Origin: a virus
DNA: 64,000 nt
Direction: 5' to 3' (one strand)
Virus record (IMG/VR): IMGVR_UViG_3300010885_018971
Coordinates: 26,796 to 90,795 of that record
Below are positions 8,872 through 17,707 of the stretch, in pieces. The position numbers were made by a program, and so were the translations under genes. The notes under the pieces are model-generated. The model was not told the DNA's origin. It made no database searches and saw only the letters and a program-made list of their open reading frames with translations. Each line of letters starts with the position of its first letter. Positions within the stretch are counted from its first letter, which is position 1.

Positions 8872-9056
8872 AACATTTACTAGCAATTATAGCAATGGCT
8901 GTTGCTTCTACTGCATTTGCAGCTGAGCCAGCGAAGAAAGAACCAGCGAAGAAAGTTGAGAAGTGCATTCCTAGCAAAGAAGTAGTTTGTCAGGATTCTT
9001 TGAAAGGCAAAGAGCGTCCTACACCAAAGAAGAAAAAAGAAGAAACTACTAAATAA
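8868..9056 (+). CDS. secreted Lys-rich small protein with Cys pair
   Basis: signal peptide MKHLLAIIAMAVASTAFA; resembles the 8173 protein. Confidence 0.7.
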   Translation: MKHLLAIIAMAVASTAFAAEPAKKEPAKKVEKCIPSKEVVCQDSLKGKERPTPKKKKEETTK

Positions 9057-9117
9057 TTCGTGGGTTGTAGGTACCCAATAAAACCTTCATTACACAACAC
9101 ACAAAAAGGAGTAAATT

Positions 9118-9393
9118 ATGTCAAATTTGACACCATTCGAGATTCGCCTTGAATTACTAAAAATGGCGAAAGACATGCTTAACGATGAGTATTACGGTAA
9201 GCGTGAAGTAATTAGCAACGACTGGCAAACTAAAGTCGAATCTGCTAAAATCAATGGAGGCACGATTCCTGATCATCCAGGATTCCCTGCTATCCCATCT
9301 GAACACGATATCATTGCTAAGGCGCAAGTCTTAAATGGTTTCGTTTCAAACGTCCCCACAACAATAGAAAAGACTAGCAAGAAGTCTACCTAA
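9118..9393 (+). CDS. conserved hypothetical T4-like phage protein
   Basis: FEIRLELLKMAKDML...IIAKA..LNGFVS; AAGGAG RBS. Confidence 0.8.
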   Translation: MSNLTPFEIRLELLKMAKDMLNDEYYGKREVISNDWQTKVESAKINGGTIPDHPGFPAIPSEHDIIAKAQVLNGFVSNVPTTIEKTSKKST

Positions 9394-9450
9394 TACGGGA
9401 TTGGGAGGACTTGCTCACGCAAGTTTTCCCTTAACTAATTAAGGAGAAAT

Positions 9451-9966
9451 ATGCGAGTATATTTAAAAATACTTCTAATAATTACAACGATGGTAGGTGC
9501 CACTGCATATGTGACATCCATACCTCAAGAACAAAAATTATTCAATGTCAGATATAAAGAACTAACATCTGATGTAAGAAAACAAATTGATTGTCTTGCA
9601 GATAACATTTACTTCGAAGCAGGACATGAACCAGAAGAAGGCAAAATTGCAGTTGCCTTGGTTACACTTAATAGAACGCAAGATCCTAGGTTTCCAAAAG
9701 AAATTTGCTCTGTAGTCAAACAGAAGGTAAACTTAGTGTGTCAGTTCTCTTGGATCTGTGAACCCATGAAAGCAATAAAACATAATGATGTATACAGAAA
9801 GTCTCAAGATGTGGCTTTGCATGTATATGCTAATTATGAAATGATTGATGACATTACAAATGGTGCACTTTACTACCATGCAGACTACGTGAATCCAGGA
9901 TGGAAGTTGAAAAAGACTAAAGTCATTGGCCGACATATTTTTTATAAAGAAGGCAGTAAAATCTAA
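9451..9966 (+). CDS. SleB-like cell wall hydrolase (Hydrolase_2) with N-terminal hydrophobic anchor
   Basis: CLADNIYFEA, AVA.VTLNR, CQFSW, GALYYHADYV.P.W, IGRHIFY. Confidence 0.92.
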   Translation: MRVYLKILLIITTMVGATAYVTSIPQEQKLFNVRYKELTSDVRKQIDCLADNIYFEAGHEPEEGKIAVALVTLNRTQDPRFPKEICSVVKQKVNLVCQFSWICEPMKAIKHNDVYRKSQDVALHVYANYEMIDDITNGALYYHADYVNPGWKLKKTKVIGRHIFYKEGSKI

Positions 9967-10526
9967 TGATGAACAAATTAAACCTCCAGCTGAATGAATC
10001 TTCTGATTCTAGGCATTCGTTTTTTCTATTGATGGAGGAAATTACTCTTGCTACATGTAAGCAAGCAGTTGAGTGGATATTCGAAGCCAACTTTGCTGAA
10101 GAAACACCTGACCGATTAAATATGGTCATAACTTCTCCAGGTGGTGATTTGAATGCCGCATTTGCTTTGGTTGATACCATGCGTGGATCTTCCATTCCAA
10201 TTCGAACAATTGGACTTGGACAGATTGCTTCAGCTGGACTTATGATTTTCATTGCTGGTGAAGCAGGACAGCGTATTCTTACACCGAATACTTCTATCTT
10301 GTCACATCAGTACTCATGGGGTGCTTTTGGTAAGGAGCATGAGTTGTTTGCACAAATTAAAGAATTTGACTTGACAACCAAACGTATGATTGCTCATTAC
10401 AAAAAATGCACTGGATTAAAAGAAGATCAGATTCGTGAATACTTATTGCCACCACAAGATGTTTGGCTGAGTGCTCAAGAAGCTAAAAAATTAGGACTAT
10501 GCGATGACGTTAAAGAACTTAAGTAA
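9966..10526 (+). CDS. clpP: ClpP-like protease
   Basis: ITSPGG, IASAG (Ser), SHQ (His), DVWLSAQEA..LGL.D. Confidence 0.9.
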   Translation: MMNKLNLQLNESSDSRHSFFLLMEEITLATCKQAVEWIFEANFAEETPDRLNMVITSPGGDLNAAFALVDTMRGSSIPIRTIGLGQIASAGLMIFIAGEAGQRILTPNTSILSHQYSWGAFGKEHELFAQIKEFDLTTKRMIAHYKKCTGLKEDQIREYLLPPQDVWLSAQEAKKLGLCDDVKELK

Positions 10527-10695
10527 ATTTGTTCGTTATTCTGGAATTTGGGTTAGTTTCGTACTTAACCCTTATCATTGGAGACTTGAATTTAAATTCA
10601 TGCATCCAGATGAGTTGAATCCAAACATGCGTGGATTCTTTGTTTCACTTTTACCCTTAACAGTAAGAGTGGTTGTTGATGATGGAACTTGGTAA
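10504..10695 (+). CDS. hypothetical protein
   Basis: 63 aa, AGGA RBS. Confidence 0.6.
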   Translation: MTLKNLSKFVRYSGIWVSFVLNPYHWRLEFKFMHPDELNPNMRGFFVSLLPLTVRVVVDDGTW

Positions 10696-10698
10696 ATT

Positions 10699-10920
10699 AT
10701 GGAGAACTCTTTGAATAAAAATCTGTTAACTCTAGTTATTGGGATAGTTATGATTGCAACGACTTTAATCGGTTGTTTGACGTACTATCATTTGAATCAG
10801 TTGCAAGCGATGAAATCCAACATAGAATCTGCAATCGTCAAGGGAATCGACCCAGTTGCAGTTAGGTGTTCGTACGACTCGAATACTACGGTCTGTGCCC
10901 TCTACGCGAGTCGAAAATAA
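10699..10920 (+). CDS. membrane-anchored small protein
   Basis: N-terminal TM; GIDP.AVRC and C-terminal Cys pair. Confidence 0.7.
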   Translation: MENSLNKNLLTLVIGIVMIATTLIGCLTYYHLNQLQAMKSNIESAIVKGIDPVAVRCSYDSNTTVCALYASRK

Positions 10921-10953
10921 TCCCCCCAGATCCGTAGGGCATCAAAATATCCC

Positions 10954-10982
10954 TTTACTTTAATTCAAAAATAGGGTATAAT
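10954..10982 (+). promoter_or_regulatory. sigma70-type promoter TTTACT-N17-TATAAT
   Basis: followed by the same TATATTATG as at 3404 and 11552. Confidence 0.75.
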
Positions 10983-11010
10983 TATATTATGGGAGTGAAC
11001 TGGAAACACT

Positions 11011-11352
11011 ATGCAAATGATACGTACCTCGTTTAAGAAGCTGAAGCCACGCAAGCCGAATGCAAAGCAACGTGACCTCGATAAGTCTTGGGAAGACCTG
11101 CTTAAGAAATATGAGCCCAAGAAGCCGATGACGAAATCGTCGGATGAGTTCTCATATTCACTTGGAAAATCTGCTCGTCGTGAGACGCCTAAGATTCCAA
11201 GTCTTCCATTCACTGGTGGACCATGCACAAAAGCACCAGACAAAGTTTATACTGGAACTATGATGAAGGGTATTGGTACGATGCATAAGTCAAATGCTGT
11301 TCCAATTTTTAGTGATGAAGAAGCAGTTGCTATTGCAACAATGAGGAGATGA
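11011..11352 (+). CDS. conserved hypothetical T4-like phage protein
   Basis: basic protein with GIGTMHKSNAVP motif. Confidence 0.8.
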   Translation: MQMIRTSFKKLKPRKPNAKQRDLDKSWEDLLKKYEPKKPMTKSSDEFSYSLGKSARRETPKIPSLPFTGGPCTKAPDKVYTGTMMKGIGTMHKSNAVPIFSDEEAVAIATMRR

Positions 11353-11543
11353 TTATGAAAGAGTTTTGCGTTAACTGTGCTGAGAAAGAAGCCCAACTTG
11401 AAATACTTAACCAAAAGTATGAAAGAGAAATGCAGTGTATGCGTGAACAACTGAACAAAGCAAAAAGTGAAAATGAAGCACTTTCGCTTGATGTTGCTTT
11501 TTATGGTGGCAACATCACAAACTTGTCTTGCAATGGAAAATAA
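11349..11543 (+). CDS. small coiled-coil protein
   Basis: 64 aa, CxxC then heptads; GAGGAG RBS. Confidence 0.65.
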   Translation: MIMKEFCVNCAEKEAQLEILNQKYEREMQCMREQLNKAKSENEALSLDVAFYGGNITNLSCNGK

Positions 11544-11551
11544 GGTATAAT
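11523..11551 (+). promoter_or_regulatory. sigma70-type promoter TTGTCT-N17-TATAAT
   Basis: 17 bp spacer; TATATT-ATG follows. Confidence 0.75.
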
Positions 11552-11557
11552 TATATT

Positions 11558-11824
11558 ATGAATCCGAACTACACCAAAATCGTATCCTGTGCCTCTGACC
11601 GTAATCCAGTTGGCATTCAAAACATCTACGTTGAACTCCTCACTGATCGCATGAAGTTAGATAAATTCTTCTCCATGTATCTTGATAAGTTTGAACGTAA
11701 GATGGATCCCGACAAAACTAATACACCTATCTGGGCTCTTTACAAAAAGAAACTCAAAGAATATGGTGACCTACAACAAGCCATTAAAGTGGCTGAATAC
11801 TATCTAAAGAAAAGTTATGTTTAA
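11558..11824 (+). CDS. hypothetical protein
   Basis: in-frame ATG (MNPNYTK) 7 nt after the -10 box. Confidence 0.7.
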   Translation: MNPNYTKIVSCASDRNPVGIQNIYVELLTDRMKLDKFFSMYLDKFERKMDPDKTNTPIWALYKKKLKEYGDLQQAIKVAEYYLKKSYV

Positions 11825-12032
11825 AAATTCAAACGAATTTTCACTTCACATTGAACAGTTAGTCAAAGAGAAACGAATCAATCACATGGACGCTGTACTT
11901 GAATACTGTAAAGATAATTTCCTTGAACCAGGAGATGTTTCAAAACTTATCAATAAGTCTCTTAAGGATAAAATTGAGATGAACTTTCGTGAATTGAATT
12001 ACTTACCCAAACAGGCTCAATTGGATGTTTAA
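11817..12032 (+). CDS. 33: late transcription coactivator gp33
   Basis: FS..IE..V......MDAVL.YC...LI.KSLKDKI..E..ELNYL; synteny with 59 and 32. Confidence 0.88.
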   Translation: MFKNSNEFSLHIEQLVKEKRINHMDAVLEYCKDNFLEPGDVSKLINKSLKDKIEMNFRELNYLPKQAQLDV

Positions 12033-12646
12033 TGGACGGATTTAAGGCATATAAGTATTACATTGCAATTAAACTACACTTCACAAAAGATTCCTTTGAT
12101 GTTTTCAAAAATCGTGGAACAGTCAAAGGTACTCGTGAAGCATTTAACGCAAGAAACGATAGATACATGTTTGAGAAGTTAGCTCGTAAATACCCAGTCG
12201 ATAAAGATCTGATTCAGTTCTATGTTGCAAACTACGCTTATGGTAATGAAAATGTTATATATGCAATTGAAGAAGCTGACTCATACCTTATGGAATGGAA
12301 TAAACGTAAACAATCTATCACCAAGATCTTTGCAGATGATCTAAATAAGATCTTGATGGATGCATACAAACGCAAACTTAAAGAACCATCTATTTTAAAT
12401 TTTACTTTAAATCAATATCCAAGTATACTTAACCTATACCTTGGAAAACAAATTGGGATTGAAACTCTTAGGATCTTAGATGACGTAGCTACTTTAATTC
12501 AACCATGGAAAGAAAATGCTTCCATGACTCTGCTTTGGGAAAATGAAATACGCAGAGTTGAAAAAGCAAAAGGGTTTGTTAAATATGATAAAGAAAAAAC
12601 TGAAAATCTTTATCAAGAGTTCTTGAAAGAAATCAAAGAGTTGTAA
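12032..12646 (+). CDS. 59: helicase loader gp59
   Basis: Y..YIAIKLHFT...FD.FK..G, F..RNDRY.FEKL. Confidence 0.88.
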   Translation: MDGFKAYKYYIAIKLHFTKDSFDVFKNRGTVKGTREAFNARNDRYMFEKLARKYPVDKDLIQFYVANYAYGNENVIYAIEEADSYLMEWNKRKQSITKIFADDLNKILMDAYKRKLKEPSILNFTLNQYPSILNLYLGKQIGIETLRILDDVATLIQPWKENASMTLLWENEIRRVEKAKGFVKYDKEKTENLYQEFLKEIKEL

Positions 12647-12647
12647 A

Positions 12648-12866
12648 ATGGGTAAGACATTTTTAAAGAATCCGAAGCGATTCGATGACGAGATTCCTGG
12701 CCAGCGTTCTGGGAAAAACAGTAAGCATTCCAATGGGAAGAAAACTGGTGGTATGAAAACGCTAAATAGTTATGTTGAAGATTATGATGATCCTTTCGAG
12801 GATGAATTTGAAATTAAAGATGAGATTTTCATAAAACATACTAAACAAAACGACGATACTAATTAA
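12648..12866 (+). CDS. hypothetical protein (basic N-terminus, acidic C-terminus)
   Basis: 72 aa ORF between 59 and 32. Confidence 0.65.
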   Translation: MGKTFLKNPKRFDDEIPGQRSGKNSKHSNGKKTGGMKTLNSYVEDYDDPFEDEFEIKDEIFIKHTKQNDDTN

Positions 12867-12890
12867 TACTTTTATACAAAGGAAATACAA

Positions 12891-13805
12891 ATGGATATTC
12901 AAACACTCCGCAAAATGCGTTCTTCTGACTTCGGCAAAATCGCTGGAGAATTCGAGAAAATCGCAAATCCCCAAACCCAATCTAAGTCATATGCTGACGA
13001 TCGCTTCTGGAAACTTGAAGGCGACAAAGCAGGTAATGGTACAGCCACCATTCGTTTTCTACCACGTGTAGAAGGTGATGAGTTGCCATGGGTTCGTATC
13101 TTTTCTCATGGTTTCCAAGGACCAACTGGTAAGTGGTACATTGAGAACTCACTAACTACTCTTGGTGAGAATGATCCTGTTGGTGAATTGAACACCAAAC
13201 TTTGGAATTCAGGTTCTGACGCAAACAAGAAAATTGCTCAGGCTCAGAAACGTCGCCTATCTTTCATTGCCAATGTTTTGATCGTATCTGATCCAAAGCA
13301 TCCTGAGAATGAAGGTCAGGTTAAGTTGTTTAAGTTCGGTAAGAAAATCTTTGACAAGATCATGGATAAGGCTCGCCCAACTTATGAAGACGAGACACCT
13401 GTAAATGTGTTTGACTTGTGGGAAGGTGCTAACTTCAAACTGCGCATGCGCAAGAAAGATGGTTACACTAATTATGATGAGTCTTCATTCCAAGATCCTT
13501 CAGCTATCACTGAGGATGAAGAAAAGATGTTGGCTATTGTAAATGCTCAAACTAAATTGTCTGAGTTTACAGATCGCAAGAACTTTAAATCTTATGATGA
13601 GTTGAAGAAAAAACTTGAAGAAGTTCTTTCTGGTGATGCGTTCTCTTCAAAATCTGCTGCTGAGATTGCTGAAGAAGAAGATCGTCCAGTGGCTGCTGCA
13701 CCACAGATTAAATCTGTTCCAGCACCAAAGTCAAAGGAAGTCTCTTTGACTGATGACGATGAAGACGTAATGTCTTACTTTAAGAAAATCGCTCAAGAAA
13801 ATTGA
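12891..13805 (+). CDS. 32: single-stranded DNA binding protein gp32
   Basis: DDRFWK, GNG.A.IRFLP, HGFQGPTGKWYIENSLTT, FGKKIFDKI, acidic tail. Confidence 0.96.
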   Translation: MDIQTLRKMRSSDFGKIAGEFEKIANPQTQSKSYADDRFWKLEGDKAGNGTATIRFLPRVEGDELPWVRIFSHGFQGPTGKWYIENSLTTLGENDPVGELNTKLWNSGSDANKKIAQAQKRRLSFIANVLIVSDPKHPENEGQVKLFKFGKKIFDKIMDKARPTYEDETPVNVFDLWEGANFKLRMRKKDGYTNYDESSFQDPSAITEDEEKMLAIVNAQTKLSEFTDRKNFKSYDELKKKLEEVLSGDAFSSKSAAEIAEEEDRPVAAAPQIKSVPAPKSKEVSLTDDDEDVMSYFKKIAQEN

Positions 13806-13821
13806 TTGATTGATGCTTAGC

Positions 13822-13848
13822 AAAAAGCCACCGAAAGGTGGCTTTTTT
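13822..13848. terminator. bidirectional rho-independent terminator
   Basis: AAAAAGCCACC-GAAA-GGTGGCTTTTTT between convergent genes. Confidence 0.92.
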
Positions 13849-13851
13849 CAT

Positions 13852-16377
13852 TTAGTAGGCTCCGTACCTACTTCCAATATATTTGTTATAAGATCCCTCT
13901 TCATTTCTATATGGAGATTTTATAATATTTGATTGATTGGTTGTATTATTAACCGTAGTTGGTGCATTAACAACAGCAGTTCCACCACCACCTCTGGTTG
14001 TTAAATCTTCTTTAGCTCCACTAACTTCATTTGATTTACCAGCAACAATATTACCAGATGATACTGTTGGAGTTATCGCATTTGCCTTTGTATTAGTTTT
14101 CTGTGCAATAGCCATATCAATCGTGCGAAGTTTCTCTTCATACGATTCAATAGATTGTTGATTCTGAGTTCTTGGTCCAGCAGCAACAGTTTTTTGTCTT
14201 AAATCTTTTAACTGCTCAAGAGTCATGGTGTTTGTAGAACCAGTATCAACCTTTATTGGAGATGCTGCACCTTGTCGTAATGTTCCAGATCCATTACCAT
14301 CTGGTGCAACAGTAGCTGCCTTTTCTTGGGCTCTAGCAATGTCTCGTTGTGCTAACATCTGCTGAGGAGATTGTTGACCGCCTGCGCCTTGCGCTTTTCT
14401 TGCGAGAAATTGTTCTCTGGTCAATGTTGTAGTAGGATTTGCAGTTATGAAGTTATCATAGCTATAATCCATAGTTTCTGCTGCAGTTTTTATTGGAGAT
14501 GTTTTATTATCAACACGTCTAGGATCAGTTGCAGCTGCCTCAGCCGAACCTCTTCCTGCCCCAGCAGTACTATTTCCAGCAGGGATTTGTTTAGTTTCAG
14601 CTTTACCGAATGGATAGAATGGACCAACAGAAACCTTCTGATTAACTACTGGTATTGTAAACCCAATTTCTGGTATGCTAATACTTTGAAGCATACCAAT
14701 AATACTAGCACCCATACCTTTAAAGAAATCAGTAACTGGTTTAAATACTTCACCAATCTTACCAAACGCATCAGTTACAAGACTCCCCAATTGTTTAAGA
14801 CTATCAATTGGATGCATTATTAAATCTTGTATCTTCTGTGGAATAAACAATACCATATCCACAAAATCGCTGAATAGTTTCTCGAACGAGAATGAGTCTA
14901 ACATTTTTTCAATATTTTTAAACCCAAGTGCTCCAGCTACCCAAGACACAGCATCTTTAATTAGATCAGCAAGGCCAAAGATTAAAGAATTAAATAATCC
15001 CTTAATGGCTCCACCAATTGCACCAATTAATCCACCTTTCTCAAAACCTTCGAACGCACCCTTAACTGTATCCCAAACTGTCATGATAACAAACAGTGGG
15101 AAGAATAGTTTCTCAGCAATGACTGCAACCTTACCTATGTATTTACCAAACTTTGATATGTACTCAGAAATGCTACTAAAAATTTTACTTAGGAATTCTG
15201 AACCACCAATCAATCCTTTTACTGCATCATAGGCTGCAACAAATGGTTTGGTTAACTTAGATAAACCATCTTTGAAACCTTCAATGAACTTTCCGAGTTT
15301 AGATTCTTCACCAAAAGAGAATAGACTCTTTACTTTACCACCCATCTCTTCAAAGAACTTTCCAATACCTTGAAATTTTTCACTTATGAATTTCTTCAAT
15401 GACTCTGGAACTAATGTTTCAAAGAATAGTTTAATTGTCTTCACCCATGCGCGAGCAAACCCAATAAGTCCACCAACCAAACCACCGATAAGTAATCCAA
15501 GTGTACCCAGTCCACCTTCTTCTTCTCCAGGTTTGCCAATATCTTTAGCGTCTTTAGGTTTAGTATTATTGGCAATTATTCTTAGTAATTCTGTTTGAGT
15601 TTCTTCTCGTTTAATTGACTCTAGTTCCAATTCATCAGTTTTGATTGCTGGGTTACCACTCTTAATAACAGACATTGGTGTGTTGCCCATGGGCAATTTC
15701 TTTTTAGAATCAACACCCATCTCCTCAACACGATAATCCATCTTTGCTAGTTTTTGCGTACTAGTCTCTCTAGTCTCAAGAAGTTTCTTGCCTTTAGTAG
15801 TATTACGTAGCTGTTCTTCAGAGATACCTAACTTAGTAAAATTCTGAATTTCTTTTTCATTTTTAGATATATGTTTCTGTTGCTCTTTGATATCAACAAG
15901 TTTATTTCTGGCTTCTTGTTCAGTGGTTCCATTTAACTTCATGTCACCTTTAACAAAATTCTTATCAGATTCTCTTCTATTAAGAGCACTATCGATAAAA
16001 CCACCACTACCCTTTTTAACCATGCCCATGGTATCTAGTGTACTTCTTAGACTACCGAATTTATTGGCAAATCCTTCTTTGATTTTTTCAGCAGCAGTCT
16101 TTGGTGTTTTCTCATCAACCATCTTAGCAATGTTCTTAGAAGATTCTTTTGTTAAATCAATTAAATCTTTAATGTTATCGCTAACTTCTTGAGTTGCCTT
16201 CAACTGGTCGTCATTTACAACTTCATCTTCTTTAACTCTATCATCAGCAAGTGCCTTTGATAATTCTGTCAATGCTTTAATTGCAGATAATTGTGTAAGA
16301 GATTGTTGTTGTAGTTCCAGAAGTTTTTTAAACTCACTGGAACTTACGTTAACGACATAGTTTGTGTTTTTTGCCAT
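13852..16377 (-). CDS. tail tape measure / gp29-like baseplate hub protein
   Basis: 841 aa; coiled-coil N-terminus, amphipathic G/F/K-rich middle, VNAPTTVNN C-terminus; follows gp26 and gp51. Confidence 0.7.
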   Translation of the reverse strand: MAKNTNYVVNVSSSEFKKLLELQQQSLTQLSAIKALTELSKALADDRVKEDEVVNDDQLKATQEVSDNIKDLIDLTKESSKNIAKMVDEKTPKTAAEKIKEGFANKFGSLRSTLDTMGMVKKGSGGFIDSALNRRESDKNFVKGDMKLNGTTEQEARNKLVDIKEQQKHISKNEKEIQNFTKLGISEEQLRNTTKGKKLLETRETSTQKLAKMDYRVEEMGVDSKKKLPMGNTPMSVIKSGNPAIKTDELELESIKREETQTELLRIIANNTKPKDAKDIGKPGEEEGGLGTLGLLIGGLVGGLIGFARAWVKTIKLFFETLVPESLKKFISEKFQGIGKFFEEMGGKVKSLFSFGEESKLGKFIEGFKDGLSKLTKPFVAAYDAVKGLIGGSEFLSKIFSSISEYISKFGKYIGKVAVIAEKLFFPLFVIMTVWDTVKGAFEGFEKGGLIGAIGGAIKGLFNSLIFGLADLIKDAVSWVAGALGFKNIEKMLDSFSFEKLFSDFVDMVLFIPQKIQDLIMHPIDSLKQLGSLVTDAFGKIGEVFKPVTDFFKGMGASIIGMLQSISIPEIGFTIPVVNQKVSVGPFYPFGKAETKQIPAGNSTAGAGRGSAEAAATDPRRVDNKTSPIKTAAETMDYSYDNFITANPTTTLTREQFLARKAQGAGGQQSPQQMLAQRDIARAQEKAATVAPDGNGSGTLRQGAASPIKVDTGSTNTMTLEQLKDLRQKTVAAGPRTQNQQSIESYEEKLRTIDMAIAQKTNTKANAITPTVSSGNIVAGKSNEVSGAKEDLTTRGGGGTAVVNAPTTVNNTTNQSNIIKSPYRNEEGSYNKYIGSRYGAY

Positions 16378-16378
16378 T

Positions 16379-16522
16379 TTAATTCTTCTTAGATTCTAAG
16401 CGTTGTTTTTCTTCTTCTAGATGTTGAATCAGCATAGTTACATATATCTCTCTCTCAAATGGTATCATTCCTTCTAATTCTGCCAGTGAGTATTTGTGAT
16501 ACTGCATTAAAGCAAAATTCAT
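16379..16522 (-). CDS. 51: baseplate hub assembly protein gp51 (possibly expressed by frameshift from gp26)
   Basis: manual translation MNFALMQYHKYSLAELEGMIPFEREIYVTMLIQHLEEEKQRLESKKN; frame stays open upstream to 16570. Confidence 0.85.
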   Translation of the reverse strand: MNFALMQYHKYSLAELEGMIPFEREIYVTMLIQHLEEEKQRLESKKN

Positions 16523-16560
16523 TTTATAATGATTAAACAAAGACTCATGTGAGAGATTTA

Positions 16561-17274
16561 TTAAAAAAAACTATCTAGACCCTCCAGAACTTTGTTATGT
16601 TGCAGAGCGCAAACAGGACAGGTATATTTAACCTCTTGTTGCAATCTAGGCATCGTTTCAAAGAACTTCTGAATCTTCGCGAATTGTTGAGATGTTAGAT
16701 TCTCAAGGAATTCAATAATGTCAGCTTTGGTTTGTTCTTTTGTATAAAAGAGTTCACTACCATTATAGATTGCTTCAATCGATGCGGAGATAACATTAAA
16801 TACCGAATCAATATCAGTTGTATCTACTTTTTCAAGTTGTTTGATAATATTGATTGAAGGATACTTCATGATAACACCAACGTCATCAAAAAGTTCAATT
16901 GTTTTGTTATGACCTTCTGGGAAGGTTACATTAACTTTAGTTAAATCGAATGTAATTTTAACTCTGGCTTTTTCATCTGTGCAAACATCACATGGAAAAA
17001 CTAGATCGACATTTTCTCCAACTGACTTTGCTCTAATTTGAGTGAAGAGATATTCAAGATCAAACGTGGCCAAAGTATCTGCGTTAACTTTGCCATTGGT
17101 ACAAGACTTAACGATTTCTTTTAAGGTATTGACCATGGTCTCAGCATTTTCGCTATGTTGAGCGATTAGAAGTGCCTTTTCTTCTTTGACCAAGAATGGT
17201 CTGTACTTAATGGATTCCTTTGTTGAAGGAATCACTGTAGTATACATTGGTGAGGTATTAATTGGTAAAGCCAT
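16561..17274 (-). CDS. 26: baseplate hub assembly protein gp26
   Basis: MALP, YRPFLVKEEK.LL.A, FDLEYLF..IRAKSVGE, CPVC, LEGL.SFF. Confidence 0.92.
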   Translation of the reverse strand: MALPINTSPMYTTVIPSTKESIKYRPFLVKEEKALLIAQHSENAETMVNTLKEIVKSCTNGKVNADTLATFDLEYLFTQIRAKSVGENVDLVFPCDVCTDEKARVKITFDLTKVNVTFPEGHNKTIELFDDVGVIMKYPSINIIKQLEKVDTTDIDSVFNVISASIEAIYNGSELFYTKEQTKADIIEFLENLTSQQFAKIQKFFETMPRLQQEVKYTCPVCALQHNKVLEGLDSFF

Positions 17275-17275
17275 T

Positions 17276-17707
17276 TTATGTTTCTCCTTTATTCATATTT
17301 TGGATCATTTTCGCCAGTTCAGAAGTGCTACCAACAAAGATAGCATTATTCGTAACTGACTTCGCTGCCTCTAATTTCTTTGGGGCATCTAATTTTTGTT
17401 TCTGTTGGTGTATATCCAACAGCTGTTGATTCACGTCAGCAAGTTGTTTCATAAGGTTACCCACAACCTCAAAGGCACGTGGGTGTTCAGATTGTTTAGC
17501 TACTTCCAGAGCATGCATTAAAGCATTCTGGCCAGTAGTTAATAATTCACGAAGATTATTACGAGAGATATCGTAATCGTTTTCAATTTTTGATTCACTG
17601 GATTCAATTATTTCTCCAGTAGAAGCGTCAATCGTTTCACCTTCAGCAGAAGTCTTAGTGATCGTCGGAAGATCAAATACTTCTGATAATCTATCATCAA
17701 TTTTCAT
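17276..17707 (-). CDS. 16: terminase small subunit gp16-like
   Basis: DY..SR.NL..L...G, A..SEHPRAFEV, NNAIFVGSTSEL. Confidence 0.8.
   Translation of the reverse strand: MKIDDRLSEVFDLPTITKTSAEGETIDASTGEIIESSESKIENDYDISRNNLRELLTTGQNALMHALEVAKQSEHPRAFEVVGNLMKQLADVNQQLLDIHQQKQKLDAPKKLEAAKSVTNNAIFVGSTSELAKMIQNMNKGET

Noticed and set aside
9394-9450. Riboswitch (e.g. glutamine/glnA) upstream of SleB
   Set aside because: Only a simple hairpin GGGAGGACTTGC/GCAAGTTTTCCC; no recognisable aptamer consensus
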